This document shows positions 54,767 to 63,389 of a stretch of 64,000 nucleotides of DNA, piece after piece; position 1 is the stretch's first letter, and each line of letters begins with the position of its first letter. The stretch spans positions 4,264-68,263 of the forward strand of contig JANPBJ010000144.1 in assembly GCA_031430375.1 (NCBI GenBank), read 5' to 3'. This DNA comes from Acidimicrobiia bacterium (GTDB taxonomy: Bacteria; Actinomycetota; Acidimicrobiia; IMCC26256; JAENVU01). The notes under the pieces were generated by a model that saw only the letters and a list, made by a program, of their open reading frames with translations, searched no databases and had not been told where the DNA came from. A program made the position numbers and the translations under genes.

Positions 54767-55359
54767 GCGCTCGTGGCGACGTCCGCCAGCGTGCGGCGAA
54801 TGATCACGAAATCGGCGCGGGCTTGGGCAAGCGCCGCTCCACCATTGCGCAGCACTGCAGACGGGTGGAGCACCGGGATGAGCGCCGCGTCGTCGCGGTA
54901 TGGGTGCACCTGGCCGCGGAGTTTCGTGATGCCGGTCTTGGTATCGAGCAACAGCTTCGTGGCAAAGTTGCCAAGCGTGACGACAACCCTGGGCACGATG
55001 AAGTCGAGCTGCGCCTCGAGGTACGGCCGACAGGTTTCGATCTCGACCGGCTGCGGATCGCGATTTCCCGGCGGACGACACTTCACGACATTGGCGATGT
55101 ACACGTGGTCACGCGTCAGACCGATGCCCTCGATCAGTGAAGTCAACAAGCGTCCCGCGCGGCCCACGAAGGGTTCCCCGGTGCGGTCCTCATCCGCCCC
55201 CGGCCCTTCACCCACGAACATCAAGTCCGCGTGGGGATCACCGACGCCGAAGACGACCTGGGTCCGAGTCTCGGCCAGAGGACAACGCGTACACGCCACC
55301 GCGTGATCACGGAGCGCGGAAAAATCCGCAAATCCTGAGGCGATTGGCTCGTGAGACAC
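54763..55359 (-). CDS. udg: Uracil-DNA glycosylase, family 4
   Basis: 198 aa. CTRCPLAETRTQVVFGVGDPHADLMFVGEGPG, GEPFVGRAG. Confidence 0.85.
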   Translation of the reverse strand: MSHEPIASGFADFSALRDHAVACTRCPLAETRTQVVFGVGDPHADLMFVGEGPGADEDRTGEPFVGRAGRLLTSLIEGIGLTRDHVYIANVVKCRPPGNRDPQPVEIETCRPYLEAQLDFIVPRVVVTLGNFATKLLLDTKTGITKLRGQVHPYRDDAALIPVLHPSAVLRNGGAALAQARADFVIIRRTLADVATSA

Positions 55360-55396
55360 ACCGAAGGCTACCGAGAATCCGTTCGCTTTGGGCTAT

Positions 55397-56416
55397 TCAG
55401 TAACCGGTGGTCTGGTCCCGCGGCTCGGATATCTCGGAGACAGACAGCTGCACGGACTGGGCGAAATCGACGATGAAATCGTGCAGCAGGGCGCTGCGCT
55501 CGAACATCAGCATGTGGCCGCCGCCTTCGATCACCTCGAGTCGAGATCCCGGAATCCGTCGAGCCATCCGGCGGGATTCAGCCAGTGGTGTGATCAGATC
55601 CGCAGTCCCACAGATGACCAGCGTCGGTCGATCAATGTCGCCGAGCCGCGACGTGAGGTCCAACCCGGCGAGCGCCGAGACGGCTTCGCGACGAGTGGTC
55701 GGCGCGGTGCCCAGGATCATTTGACGGGTCGCTTCGATATGCCTTGGCTCGGGGTCCCGGCCGAAGCCAAGGCGGGTCAGCACCAGTCCAAGATCGCGGG
55801 CCCGCAGCGCCGAGGCACCGTCGGGGAGTCGCTCGGCCACCCAGGTACTCACGTTCGCGATGCGCGTTTTCCCCGACAAGATGCTCCGGGCCAAGCTCGA
55901 GAGCAGCACGATCCCCGCGACGCGCTCACGCGCGTCGTCCGGAAACTGCGAGCAGAACGACAGCACCGCGACCCCTCCCATCGAGTGGCCCACGATGACC
56001 ACATCCTCAAGGTCGAGCGCTTCGATCACGCTGCGCAGATCCGCGCCCAAGTTGTCGACGGTATGCCCGGCATGACCAACCGTGGATGCACCATGGCCGC
56101 GATGGTCGAACGCAACGACACGAAACCCGGCATCGGCGAGCGACCGGAGTTGCTTCGCCCAGGTCTGTACCGACAAGACCACTCCGTGCGAGAGCACGAT
56201 CACGGGGCCCTGGCCCCGCTCTACGACGTAGAGCTCTCCACCGTCGTGGCTGGGAATCCGCCACGACGCATCGAACTCGGCCACCAGATCTTCGGCGCCG
56301 TCGGGATCCTCGGCCTTCCGAAGTCGCGCCGCGACGAGCCGCTCTGCCGCAACACCGGCGCCCACGGCCGCGCCGACTGCACCAACCAGGAGGCCGGCGC
56401 GTTTCCAGGCGCTCAC
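55397..56416 (-). CDS. Alpha/beta hydrolase with N-terminal hydrophobic anchor
   Basis: GTG 56416 overlaps the alr TGA (GTGA). GPVIVLSHG, GHSMGG, GGHMLMFE. Confidence 0.75.
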   Translation of the reverse strand: MSAWKRAGLLVGAVGAAVGAGVAAERLVAARLRKAEDPDGAEDLVAEFDASWRIPSHDGGELYVVERGQGPVIVLSHGVVLSVQTWAKQLRSLADAGFRVVAFDHRGHGASTVGHAGHTVDNLGADLRSVIEALDLEDVVIVGHSMGGVAVLSFCSQFPDDARERVAGIVLLSSLARSILSGKTRIANVSTWVAERLPDGASALRARDLGLVLTRLGFGRDPEPRHIEATRQMILGTAPTTRREAVSALAGLDLTSRLGDIDRPTLVICGTADLITPLAESRRMARRIPGSRLEVIEGGGHMLMFERSALLHDFIVDFAQSVQLSVSEISEPRDQTTGY

Positions 56417-57534
56417 TCGGAATACGCCCGGGGCACACGGGGTCCAATCCCGCACACGATCTCATACCCAATCGTTCCCAGCCGGCGTGCCCAATCCTCC
56501 GCGGTCACGCGGGTGCCGGAGTCCTCGCCGATCAGCGTCACGATGTCACCAACGTCGACCGGAAGGTCGCCCACATCCACCATCAGCTGGTCCATGGTGA
56601 TCGTCCCCGCGATCGGACAGCGCGTGCCGCGGATGATGACCTCAGCCCCCGTGGCCCCGAGGTTGCGGGCCACGCCGTCGGCGTATCCGATGGGAACGGT
56701 GACGATGGTCGAATCGTGCGAGAGTTCGTAACGCAGCCCGTAGGAAATTCGGTCGCCGGCCCGCAGCGCCTTCACGTGGGACACCCGCGAACGCAATGCG
56801 AGCGCAGGAATGAGGCCAAGGTCGTCACCAATTCCCGGCGCCGGTGTGATGCCATAGAGCGCGATACCGACCCGCACCATGTGGAGGCGCGCACCGGGAA
56901 AGCCGATCGCGCCGGCCGAGTTCGCCGCGTGAACAACTCGAGGTTCGACTCCGATGCCAGCGAGTTCGGCCCGCACCGCCGCGAACTGGTCGAGTTGATA
57001 TTCCGTGTACTCGGAATCGGGTTCGTCGGCTACAGCGAAGTGCGTACACAGCCCGTCGAGGAGCAGTTCGGAATGTTCAACCACGCGTCTCGCCAGGCGG
57101 GTCACCTGGTCAACCGCGGCGCCGACACGATGCATCCCCGTGTCGACCTTGAGGTGGACGCCAAGCGCTTCGGCTCCGGAGTCGGCCACTGCCTTGGCCA
57201 AGGCGTCGATCCCCGACTCGGTGTAGACCACCGGCGTCAACCGGCGAGCGACGACCTCGAATGCGGCCTCCGGCATGGGCTCAGACAGCACGAGGATCGG
57301 CGCGTCAATACCCGCGTCGCGCAACGCGACACCCTCTTCGACCAGCGCAACGCCGAGGGCCGCCGCGCCGGCCGCCACCGCGACTTTCGCGACGGGAACT
57401 GCACCATGCCCGTAGCCATCGGCTTTGACCACGGCCATGACGGCGGCCGGCTCCACCATGCCGCGCAGCACGTCAACGTTGTGGCGAATGGCATCGAGAT
57501 CGATCTCGACCCACGTGGGGCGGTACGCGCTCAC
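56413..57534 (-). CDS. alr: Alanine racemase
   Basis: 373 aa. PLP-lysine motif AVVKADGYGHG. GTG overlaps the upstream TGA. Confidence 0.9.
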   Translation of the reverse strand: MSAYRPTWVEIDLDAIRHNVDVLRGMVEPAAVMAVVKADGYGHGAVPVAKVAVAAGAAALGVALVEEGVALRDAGIDAPILVLSEPMPEAAFEVVARRLTPVVYTESGIDALAKAVADSGAEALGVHLKVDTGMHRVGAAVDQVTRLARRVVEHSELLLDGLCTHFAVADEPDSEYTEYQLDQFAAVRAELAGIGVEPRVVHAANSAGAIGFPGARLHMVRVGIALYGITPAPGIGDDLGLIPALALRSRVSHVKALRAGDRISYGLRYELSHDSTIVTVPIGYADGVARNLGATGAEVIIRGTRCPIAGTITMDQLMVDVGDLPVDVGDIVTLIGEDSGTRVTAEDWARRLGTIGYEIVCGIGPRVPRAYSE

Positions 57535-57998
57535 GTGCTCCGCGCGAGAAAGCGCACGAGATCGCCGCGCGCCACGATCCCAACCGCACGGCCGGCATCG
57601 AGGACGACCACGTGCGTGACGTCGGCCTCGTGCATCAGCGTGGCCGCGTCTTCGATGGATGCGTCCGCGCCGAGACTCGGGAACTCCGACTCCATCACTT
57701 CACCGACAGTGGACGCGACCGCCTTGCGGAGTTCCTCGTCGTACCGGCGCACGTGGCTCGGGAGCGTGAAGTCCACGCCGAGAATCGCGATCGTGGTGGG
57801 TACATGGAGCCGGGCCTCGGTGGAGAGGAGGTCCTCGTCGCGTAACAGCCCGATCACCGCGCCAGCATCGTCGACCACCGGCGCCGCGCCGATTCCGCGA
57901 TCGGCCAGCACATCGGCTGCCTCCGCGAGCGTCTGATCGGCTCGCAATACCACGACATCGGGTGTCATCACCGAGCGCAACAAAGTGGATGTGGGCAT
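57531..57998 (-). CDS. CBS domain pair protein
   Basis: 155 aa. Two CBS-like halves (VMTPDVVVL...GAAPVVD, VMESEFPSL...HVVVLD). Confidence 0.7.
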   Translation of the reverse strand: MPTSTLLRSVMTPDVVVLRADQTLAEAADVLADRGIGAAPVVDDAGAVIGLLRDEDLLSTEARLHVPTTIAILGVDFTLPSHVRRYDEELRKAVASTVGEVMESEFPSLGADASIEDAATLMHEADVTHVVVLDAGRAVGIVARGDLVRFLARST

Positions 57999-59459
57999 TC
58001 AGGCCTCCTGGCCGTTGCGATTCATGATCTCGTTCAATACACCAGCCGCAGCAACGGGTAGGTCACTCGCCACCAACCCAGTATGCCCGGCTCGATCCGC
58101 CGCTCGGCCATGCACAAAGGCTCCAGCCGCGGCCGCTTCGAACCCATCTATCCCTTGCGCGCAGAACGCGCCGATCATTCCGCTCAATACGTCACCGCTT
58201 CCCGCGGTGGCCAGTGCCGGTCCTCCGGTTGGATTCAGCGCCACCCGTCCGTCGGGTGCCGCGACCACAGTGGTGGGGCCCTTCAGCAACACCACGGCGT
58301 TCGTCACAACCGCCAGCGCACGCGCCGCCGCGATCCGATCCTCGCCGGGCGGCGCGCCGGTGAGCCGAGCGAACTCGCCGTCGTGCGGCGTCAGGACCGT
58401 GGCCGCGGTGCGGTGGCGCAGGTTGTCCAACTCGCCGGTCATCGCGGTGAGACCGTCGGCATCGAGCACGAGCGGGATCGTGGTGGTAGCGACGAGCGAG
58501 CGAACCGCGGCGGCCGTTTCGGGCGCTCGACCAAGGCCGGGTCCCAGGACCAGCGCGCCGAAGCGCCCGCAAGCGAGGGCGGCCTGGAGCGTCGCGACAC
58601 CGTGTTCCGCGAGCACACCGGCGCCATCGTCGGGCAACGCGACCGTGATCACTTCGCTCCCGGACGCGAGCTCTGCTGAGCGCCCCGGCAACGCCGCCCA
58701 GACGATGCCGGCACCGAGGCGCAGCGCCGCGTGCGCCACGAGCATCGGCGCGCCCGTCATCCCATCGCTTCCGCCCACCACGAGAACGCCGGACCGCCAC
58801 TTGTGCGCGGTCACCTCACGACGAGGGATCCAATGCGCAACGTCGTGCGGCTCAACGATGACGGTTCGCCACGCCTCGGATCCCAGATCGATCCCGATAT
58901 CGGCCATCGTCACTGCGCCGGAGTGCGCCCGGCCCGGGTGAAACCAAAGCCCCGGCTTCGGCGCAGCGAACGTCACGGTGTGATCGGCGTGAACAGCTGG
59001 TCCGCGCACCGCGCCGGTGAGGCCATCGACCCCCGATGGGATATCGACTGCGATCACCAGCGCGCCCGCGACGCGCGCCGAAGCAATGAGTCCGACGAAC
59101 TCGGCCGCGTTCCCTTCGAGGGTGTCGCGCAGCCCGGTTCCGAACATGGCGTCCACCACGAGGTGCGCACGGGCGATCGCGCGCCGGGCGCGTCCGTCGA
59201 TGCCGTCGGCCATATTGAGCACGACCACGTGCGCGCCCCACGCGCGCAGCGCGGCACCGGCGACTCGACCATCGTTCCCGTTGTTGCCCCTCCCCGCGAT
59301 CACCGCGATCCGGCGCCCGTAGGTCCCACCGAGCACGGCGCGGACCCGCCACGCCACGGCGCGGCCCGCCCGTTCGATGAGTGCGCCCTCGGGCGTCCCT
59401 GCCGCAGTCGTTCGCGCGTCAGCGGAAGCCATCTCGGCCGGTGTCAGGACCGGGATCAC
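57999..59459 (-). CDS. nnr: Bifunctional NAD(P)H-hydrate repair enzyme (epimerase / ADP-dependent dehydratase)
   Basis: 486 aa from GTG 59459 (GTGA overlap with the acpS stop). GRGNNGNDGRVAG (YjeF-N), GSGDVLSGMIGAF (kinase-fold C-terminus). Confidence 0.85.
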   Translation of the reverse strand: MIPVLTPAEMASADARTTAAGTPEGALIERAGRAVAWRVRAVLGGTYGRRIAVIAGRGNNGNDGRVAGAALRAWGAHVVVLNMADGIDGRARRAIARAHLVVDAMFGTGLRDTLEGNAAEFVGLIASARVAGALVIAVDIPSGVDGLTGAVRGPAVHADHTVTFAAPKPGLWFHPGRAHSGAVTMADIGIDLGSEAWRTVIVEPHDVAHWIPRREVTAHKWRSGVLVVGGSDGMTGAPMLVAHAALRLGAGIVWAALPGRSAELASGSEVITVALPDDGAGVLAEHGVATLQAALACGRFGALVLGPGLGRAPETAAAVRSLVATTTIPLVLDADGLTAMTGELDNLRHRTAATVLTPHDGEFARLTGAPPGEDRIAAARALAVVTNAVVLLKGPTTVVAAPDGRVALNPTGGPALATAGSGDVLSGMIGAFCAQGIDGFEAAAAGAFVHGRAADRAGHTGLVASDLPVAAAGVLNEIMNRNGQEA

Positions 59460-59848
59460 GCGTCGATCACCGCGATTGCGACGGCCATGGCCATGAAATC
59501 CGAATGGGTGAGGGTGAGCCGCCAACTCGTCACCCCACGATCAGCTGCCAGTTCAGCTGCCCGTCCGTGGAGCGCAAGTTCCGGCTGGCCCGAGGCGAGG
59601 CGCACCACTTCCACATCGCGCAACGGGAACTTCCACAGGCCGAGGCCAAGTGCTTTCATGACCGCTTCCTTCGCACCGAATCGCGCTGCCAAGCGGGGTG
59701 CGGGTTCAACGAATCGCGCCGCGTACTCGCGTTCTTCATCCGAGAACAACCGGGCCGCGAGCGTGGGCCGGCGAGCGAGCGCAAGGCGGAATCGCGGAAT
59801 CTCAACGAGGTCGGAACCAACGCCAAATACCGAGCCGCCGGTCACCAT
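59456..59848 (-). CDS. acpS: Holo-[acyl-carrier-protein] synthase
   Basis: 130 aa. GVGSDLVEIPRF, AAKEAVMKALG. Confidence 0.85.
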   Translation of the reverse strand: MVTGGSVFGVGSDLVEIPRFRLALARRPTLAARLFSDEEREYAARFVEPAPRLAARFGAKEAVMKALGLGLWKFPLRDVEVVRLASGQPELALHGRAAELAADRGVTSWRLTLTHSDFMAMAVAIAVIDA

Positions 59849-59855
59849 CGGCCAG

Positions 59856-62800
59856 TCACGACCGCCAGCGATCCGCGAGCGACGCGATCGGTTGGGTCAG
59901 GAGGTCGACCACCGGAATCTCGGCGAGCAACGCATCATCGATGTGGGGCTCGGTCTCGGTCACCGCGCCGCGCAGTGCCGTGTAACGGTGGCGATACCCG
60001 GAGAGCACACCACGCGCCACATTGGCAGAGATCCGGTCCGGGAGCTCGAGGTGCAGCAGCGTGAGTCCGACCGTCTGCGTGCCCTTCACTTCGGGAACGA
60101 TCGCCACGATGCGACCATCAACGCGCCCCCGCGTCACGAACACTTGACGTTCAGCCGCGACCGACTGCTTCGTGCCGCGCAAACGCGGGTCAGTCTCGGC
60201 GCGCGACCGCATCTCCACGGCAATACCGCCGCGGTCCAGGAGACTGATCGTGGCGTCATCCGACTCGGGATCACCCACGATCCGGTAACGGGTAAACCCA
60301 ACCACGCGCGCCACGGCCGGATCCAGGTCCACCAGCGTGCGCAGGATCTTGTACGTGAGACCGTCACGCGGCGAGCCGGCGCTCAGGACGGCCTGCACCA
60401 GGGGGACTTGCAACAAGGTCTCATCCGAGCGCGAAATCCCGACGGTCACCGTCTTGGCTTGGTGCTTGATTGCGTCGACCGGCCGAGTGAGTTGCTCGAT
60501 CGCCGCGGTGAGAGCGACCGCGAGGTCGGCCGCGATCGTTGCAGGAGTGCCGAGGGTGCCGTGCTCCGCGCTGTAGGTGTCGAGCGGAATAATCCCTGAT
60601 GCATAACGGAACACCGACGCGAGTTGGACCGCGGTACCGGCCTCGAGGGAGCCGTCATAGTTCCCGGTGCGCAACCCGTCGAGGAACTGACTCGCAGGCG
60701 CTACGAGCTGTTTCGCGAGCGGCGCGAGGTCAGTATCCACCGGCGTTGCTTCCAGAATCGCCCGCGCCACCCGCAACGGCACCGCGGAGGCATCTATGGC
60801 GAGCGCGGCTTCGTAGCCGAACAGGTGGCCGGCCATCGCGCTCAAGACGAACCCCAGGCGCGGATGCACGCGGGGCACGGTGATCACATCCTTCGCCGCG
60901 CCGTACCGATCATCGTCCTCGGAGACGATCGCAATGGCCGCGGCTTTGTGCGCGCGGTAGATCGCCAACTCTTTCGCAACATCATCCGCGGTGGACCCCG
61001 TCAGGCCCGCAGCACAGACGAGAATCATGGGCTCGGAAGACAAGTCGATGTGCTTCTTGTCTTCCGTGGCGTCACACGCGATCGACTTGTAACACAGCTC
61101 TGACAGCTTGATCCGCACCTCGTGCGCCGCGATTCGGTTGGCGCCGTTGCCCACGATCGCCCAGTACCGGCGACTCGGCGCGTGGGCTGCGGCGATGCGC
61201 CCGATCTGCTCACGTTGGCCCACGACCGCCCGCATCGCGTCCGGCAGGTCCCGCAACCCGTGCAGGAGTGTGTCGTCATCTGCCACTACTCCCAGCGCGT
61301 CCGCGATCGCCGAGGCCAGCAGGAAACCCGCAGCAACCTGCGCGTAGAAGGCCTTCGTGGACGCGACGCTCATCTCCACATCGCGGCCATCGGAGGTGTA
61401 GAGCACACCATCGGCACGGTCGGCCAGATCGCTATGACGCCGGTTGACGATGGCGATCACCGCGGCGCCGCGCGCCCGGGCGAGGTCGACGGTGGTGTTC
61501 GTGTCGGTCGTGGTTCCGCTTTGGGAGATCGCGATCACGAGCGCGTCGTGCATGTCGTCCGTGAGGCCGAAGCCTGAGAGTTCCGTGGCGAGCGTGGCTT
61601 GCACCCGTACCGGGTGCGCGGGACCGACCGCATCGATGAGCGAGGCCGCAACACTCTGGCCCGCCACGGCTGCCGTGCCCTGCCCAATGACGATGACCCG
61701 GTGAATCTCGCCGCGTCCGAGCCGAGCCCGCAGCTCATCCGGAACGGTCTCCGGTCCCAGGTCCACCCGAAGGCGGCCGTCGCGTTCCACAATCTTGGCG
61801 CGTAGCGTTTTGCGAAACGACGACGGCGACTCGGTGATCTCCTTGAGCAGGTAGTGGGCGAACTCGCCGCGGTCGATATCCCGAGTGGTGATTTCTGCGT
61901 GCGCGAACTCACCCTCGGTCACCGGGATCGGCGTGCCGTCGTAGGCGAGGCGCCGCACGCCCTCGAGCGTGCCGGCGAGTGCAGCATCGAGGACCACGAT
62001 CTGCCCGCGGGACCCGCCGGGGTTGTCGGGATGGGCGGGGGTCTCGCCATCGAGCCGGAGGTAGGTATGCGTCTCCTCCACCAGGCCGTACGGCTCGCTT
62101 GCCACCACGAACGCGTCGTCGACCAACCCAACGAAGAGCCCTTGGCCGCTGCCGCGCAGAGCCAGGAACACCTCACCGGGCGCGGCGCTGGTGTGGGCCC
62201 CAATCGCGACCGATCCCTCAAAGCTCGCCACTGCATCCCGGAATGCGTCGACCGGCGCGAGCCCCGCATCGATACTGCGCGCCATGAGTGCAGGAATCAC
62301 TTTGGCGTCGGTGGTGATCTCCGGCGCGATCTCAAGACGATGCAGACCGACGAGCTCCGCGTAATTGTCGACGTCGCCGTTCAGCGCCGCCGCGGCGTAG
62401 GTGGAACCGACAAGGACAAGTTCTTGATGATCGAGCGGATGCGCGTTGGCTTCCGAAATCATCCCCACACTCGCCCAGCGCGTATGACTCAGGATCACCA
62501 CACTCGCGGTGTCGTTGGCCAGCGCGGCATGCAGCAACTCATCGGCGGTGATCGCAGCGCGCAATATCGCGACGTTGTCACCAAGCTCACCGATCTCCGC
62601 CGCGGCTTTGTACACAAAATACAACGCACCATCCGCGGCGCGCACGGAGCGATCGCGATGCAGTCGGTCCGTGCGTTGCGCGCAGTGCTCCAGCGCGGTG
62701 GGGTCGTCCAGGTCGAGCGCGTGGTCGCGCACGACGATCTCCACGCCCGCGGAGTCTCGACCGCGGACCTCGAGCCGGTCGATCGCAGCCAACGCAACCT

Positions 62801-63269
62801 GTACGGACAGAAACCCATCGATCGCGCCCGCGCTGGGTTCGGTTCCGGCCAGCAGTGCGACTGCGTCGCAGGTACCCAGGCGGTCGCGAAGGAGTGCCCA
62901 CAGGCGATCCTTGACCATTGACAGCGCCGAGTTCAAGGTCTCACCGCCGGACGGCAGCGCGGCCAGCTCGGCATCGAGGCCCGCCTCGAAGCCCGCGACG
63001 ATCGCTGCGACGCGATCCAACTCGTCCTCGAGCGCGGCGCGTCCCACCGAGTCGTCTATCAAGGCCCGTACACCGGGGGTGCCGCGCAGGGCGGCGTCCA
63101 CAGTTCCGAGATGCGCCGCGGCTGCTTGGAAATCGTCGACCCGGGTCGCTTCGTCGGCGACCCCGCGGGCCAGATCCGCCGAGGCGGCCGCCGTCAGCTC
63201 GCGCAGCCCCGCCAGGTCCGGCGGAGTCCGATCGGAGGGGCGGCGCAGGACCGCCACGATGCCGCACAT
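59856..63269 (-). CDS. Giant (1137 aa) GlmS-like protein: class II glutamine amidotransferase with a large insertion, two SIS domains, long C-terminal extension
   Basis: Starts MCGIV (Cys1). RLEVRGRDSAG, HTRWASVG..NAHP, NGDVDNY. SIS1 IGQGTA..SQSGTTTDT..VASTKAF. SIS2 GNGANRIAAHEVRIKLSE..KKHIDL. GlmS-tail-like AKTVTVG, then ~190 more residues. Occupies the position glmS holds next to glmM/acpS in other actinobacteria. Confidence 0.7.
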   Translation of the reverse strand: MCGIVAVLRRPSDRTPPDLAGLRELTAAASADLARGVADEATRVDDFQAAAAHLGTVDAALRGTPGVRALIDDSVGRAALEDELDRVAAIVAGFEAGLDAELAALPSGGETLNSALSMVKDRLWALLRDRLGTCDAVALLAGTEPSAGAIDGFLSVQVALAAIDRLEVRGRDSAGVEIVVRDHALDLDDPTALEHCAQRTDRLHRDRSVRAADGALYFVYKAAAEIGELGDNVAILRAAITADELLHAALANDTASVVILSHTRWASVGMISEANAHPLDHQELVLVGSTYAAAALNGDVDNYAELVGLHRLEIAPEITTDAKVIPALMARSIDAGLAPVDAFRDAVASFEGSVAIGAHTSAAPGEVFLALRGSGQGLFVGLVDDAFVVASEPYGLVEETHTYLRLDGETPAHPDNPGGSRGQIVVLDAALAGTLEGVRRLAYDGTPIPVTEGEFAHAEITTRDIDRGEFAHYLLKEITESPSSFRKTLRAKIVERDGRLRVDLGPETVPDELRARLGRGEIHRVIVIGQGTAAVAGQSVAASLIDAVGPAHPVRVQATLATELSGFGLTDDMHDALVIAISQSGTTTDTNTTVDLARARGAAVIAIVNRRHSDLADRADGVLYTSDGRDVEMSVASTKAFYAQVAAGFLLASAIADALGVVADDDTLLHGLRDLPDAMRAVVGQREQIGRIAAAHAPSRRYWAIVGNGANRIAAHEVRIKLSELCYKSIACDATEDKKHIDLSSEPMILVCAAGLTGSTADDVAKELAIYRAHKAAAIAIVSEDDDRYGAAKDVITVPRVHPRLGFVLSAMAGHLFGYEAALAIDASAVPLRVARAILEATPVDTDLAPLAKQLVAPASQFLDGLRTGNYDGSLEAGTAVQLASVFRYASGIIPLDTYSAEHGTLGTPATIAADLAVALTAAIEQLTRPVDAIKHQAKTVTVGISRSDETLLQVPLVQAVLSAGSPRDGLTYKILRTLVDLDPAVARVVGFTRYRIVGDPESDDATISLLDRGGIAVEMRSRAETDPRLRGTKQSVAAERQVFVTRGRVDGRIVAIVPEVKGTQTVGLTLLHLELPDRISANVARGVLSGYRHRYTALRGAVTETEPHIDDALLAEIPVVDLLTQPIASLADRWRS

Positions 63270-63289
63270 GAGGCAGAGAAGCCTACAGC

Positions 63290-63338
63290 GGCACCGGAAT
63301 CAGCGACCCCACCCGTTCCTAGTGAGGATTCCGGTGCC
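63290..63338 (-). promoter_or_regulatory. Perfect 12-bp stem-loop between the glmM stop and the glmS-like start
   Basis: GGCACCGGAATC (63290-63301) is the exact reverse complement of GATTCCGGTGCC (63327-63338), with a 25-nt loop. Ends 20 nt upstream of ATG 63269. No U-tract. Confidence 0.45.
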
Positions 63339-63389
63339 CCAGCGACGGAATCGCGACAAGGAAAGGGCCGCGTGGGCCACCGGGATGCG

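Noticed and set aside
56086-60599. 616-aa (56086-57936) and 622-aa (58731-60599) + strand ORFs
   Set aside because: Antisense to alr, CBS, nnr, acpS and the glmS-like gene, all of which have clear motifs on the minus strand. Products are Arg-rich.
63270-63389. Possible glmS ribozyme in the leader of the glmS-like gene
   Set aside because: Only a simple hairpin is visible. There is no multi-helix pseudoknotted core or conserved ribozyme segments that I can recognise, and the ribozyme is not typical of Actinomycetota.
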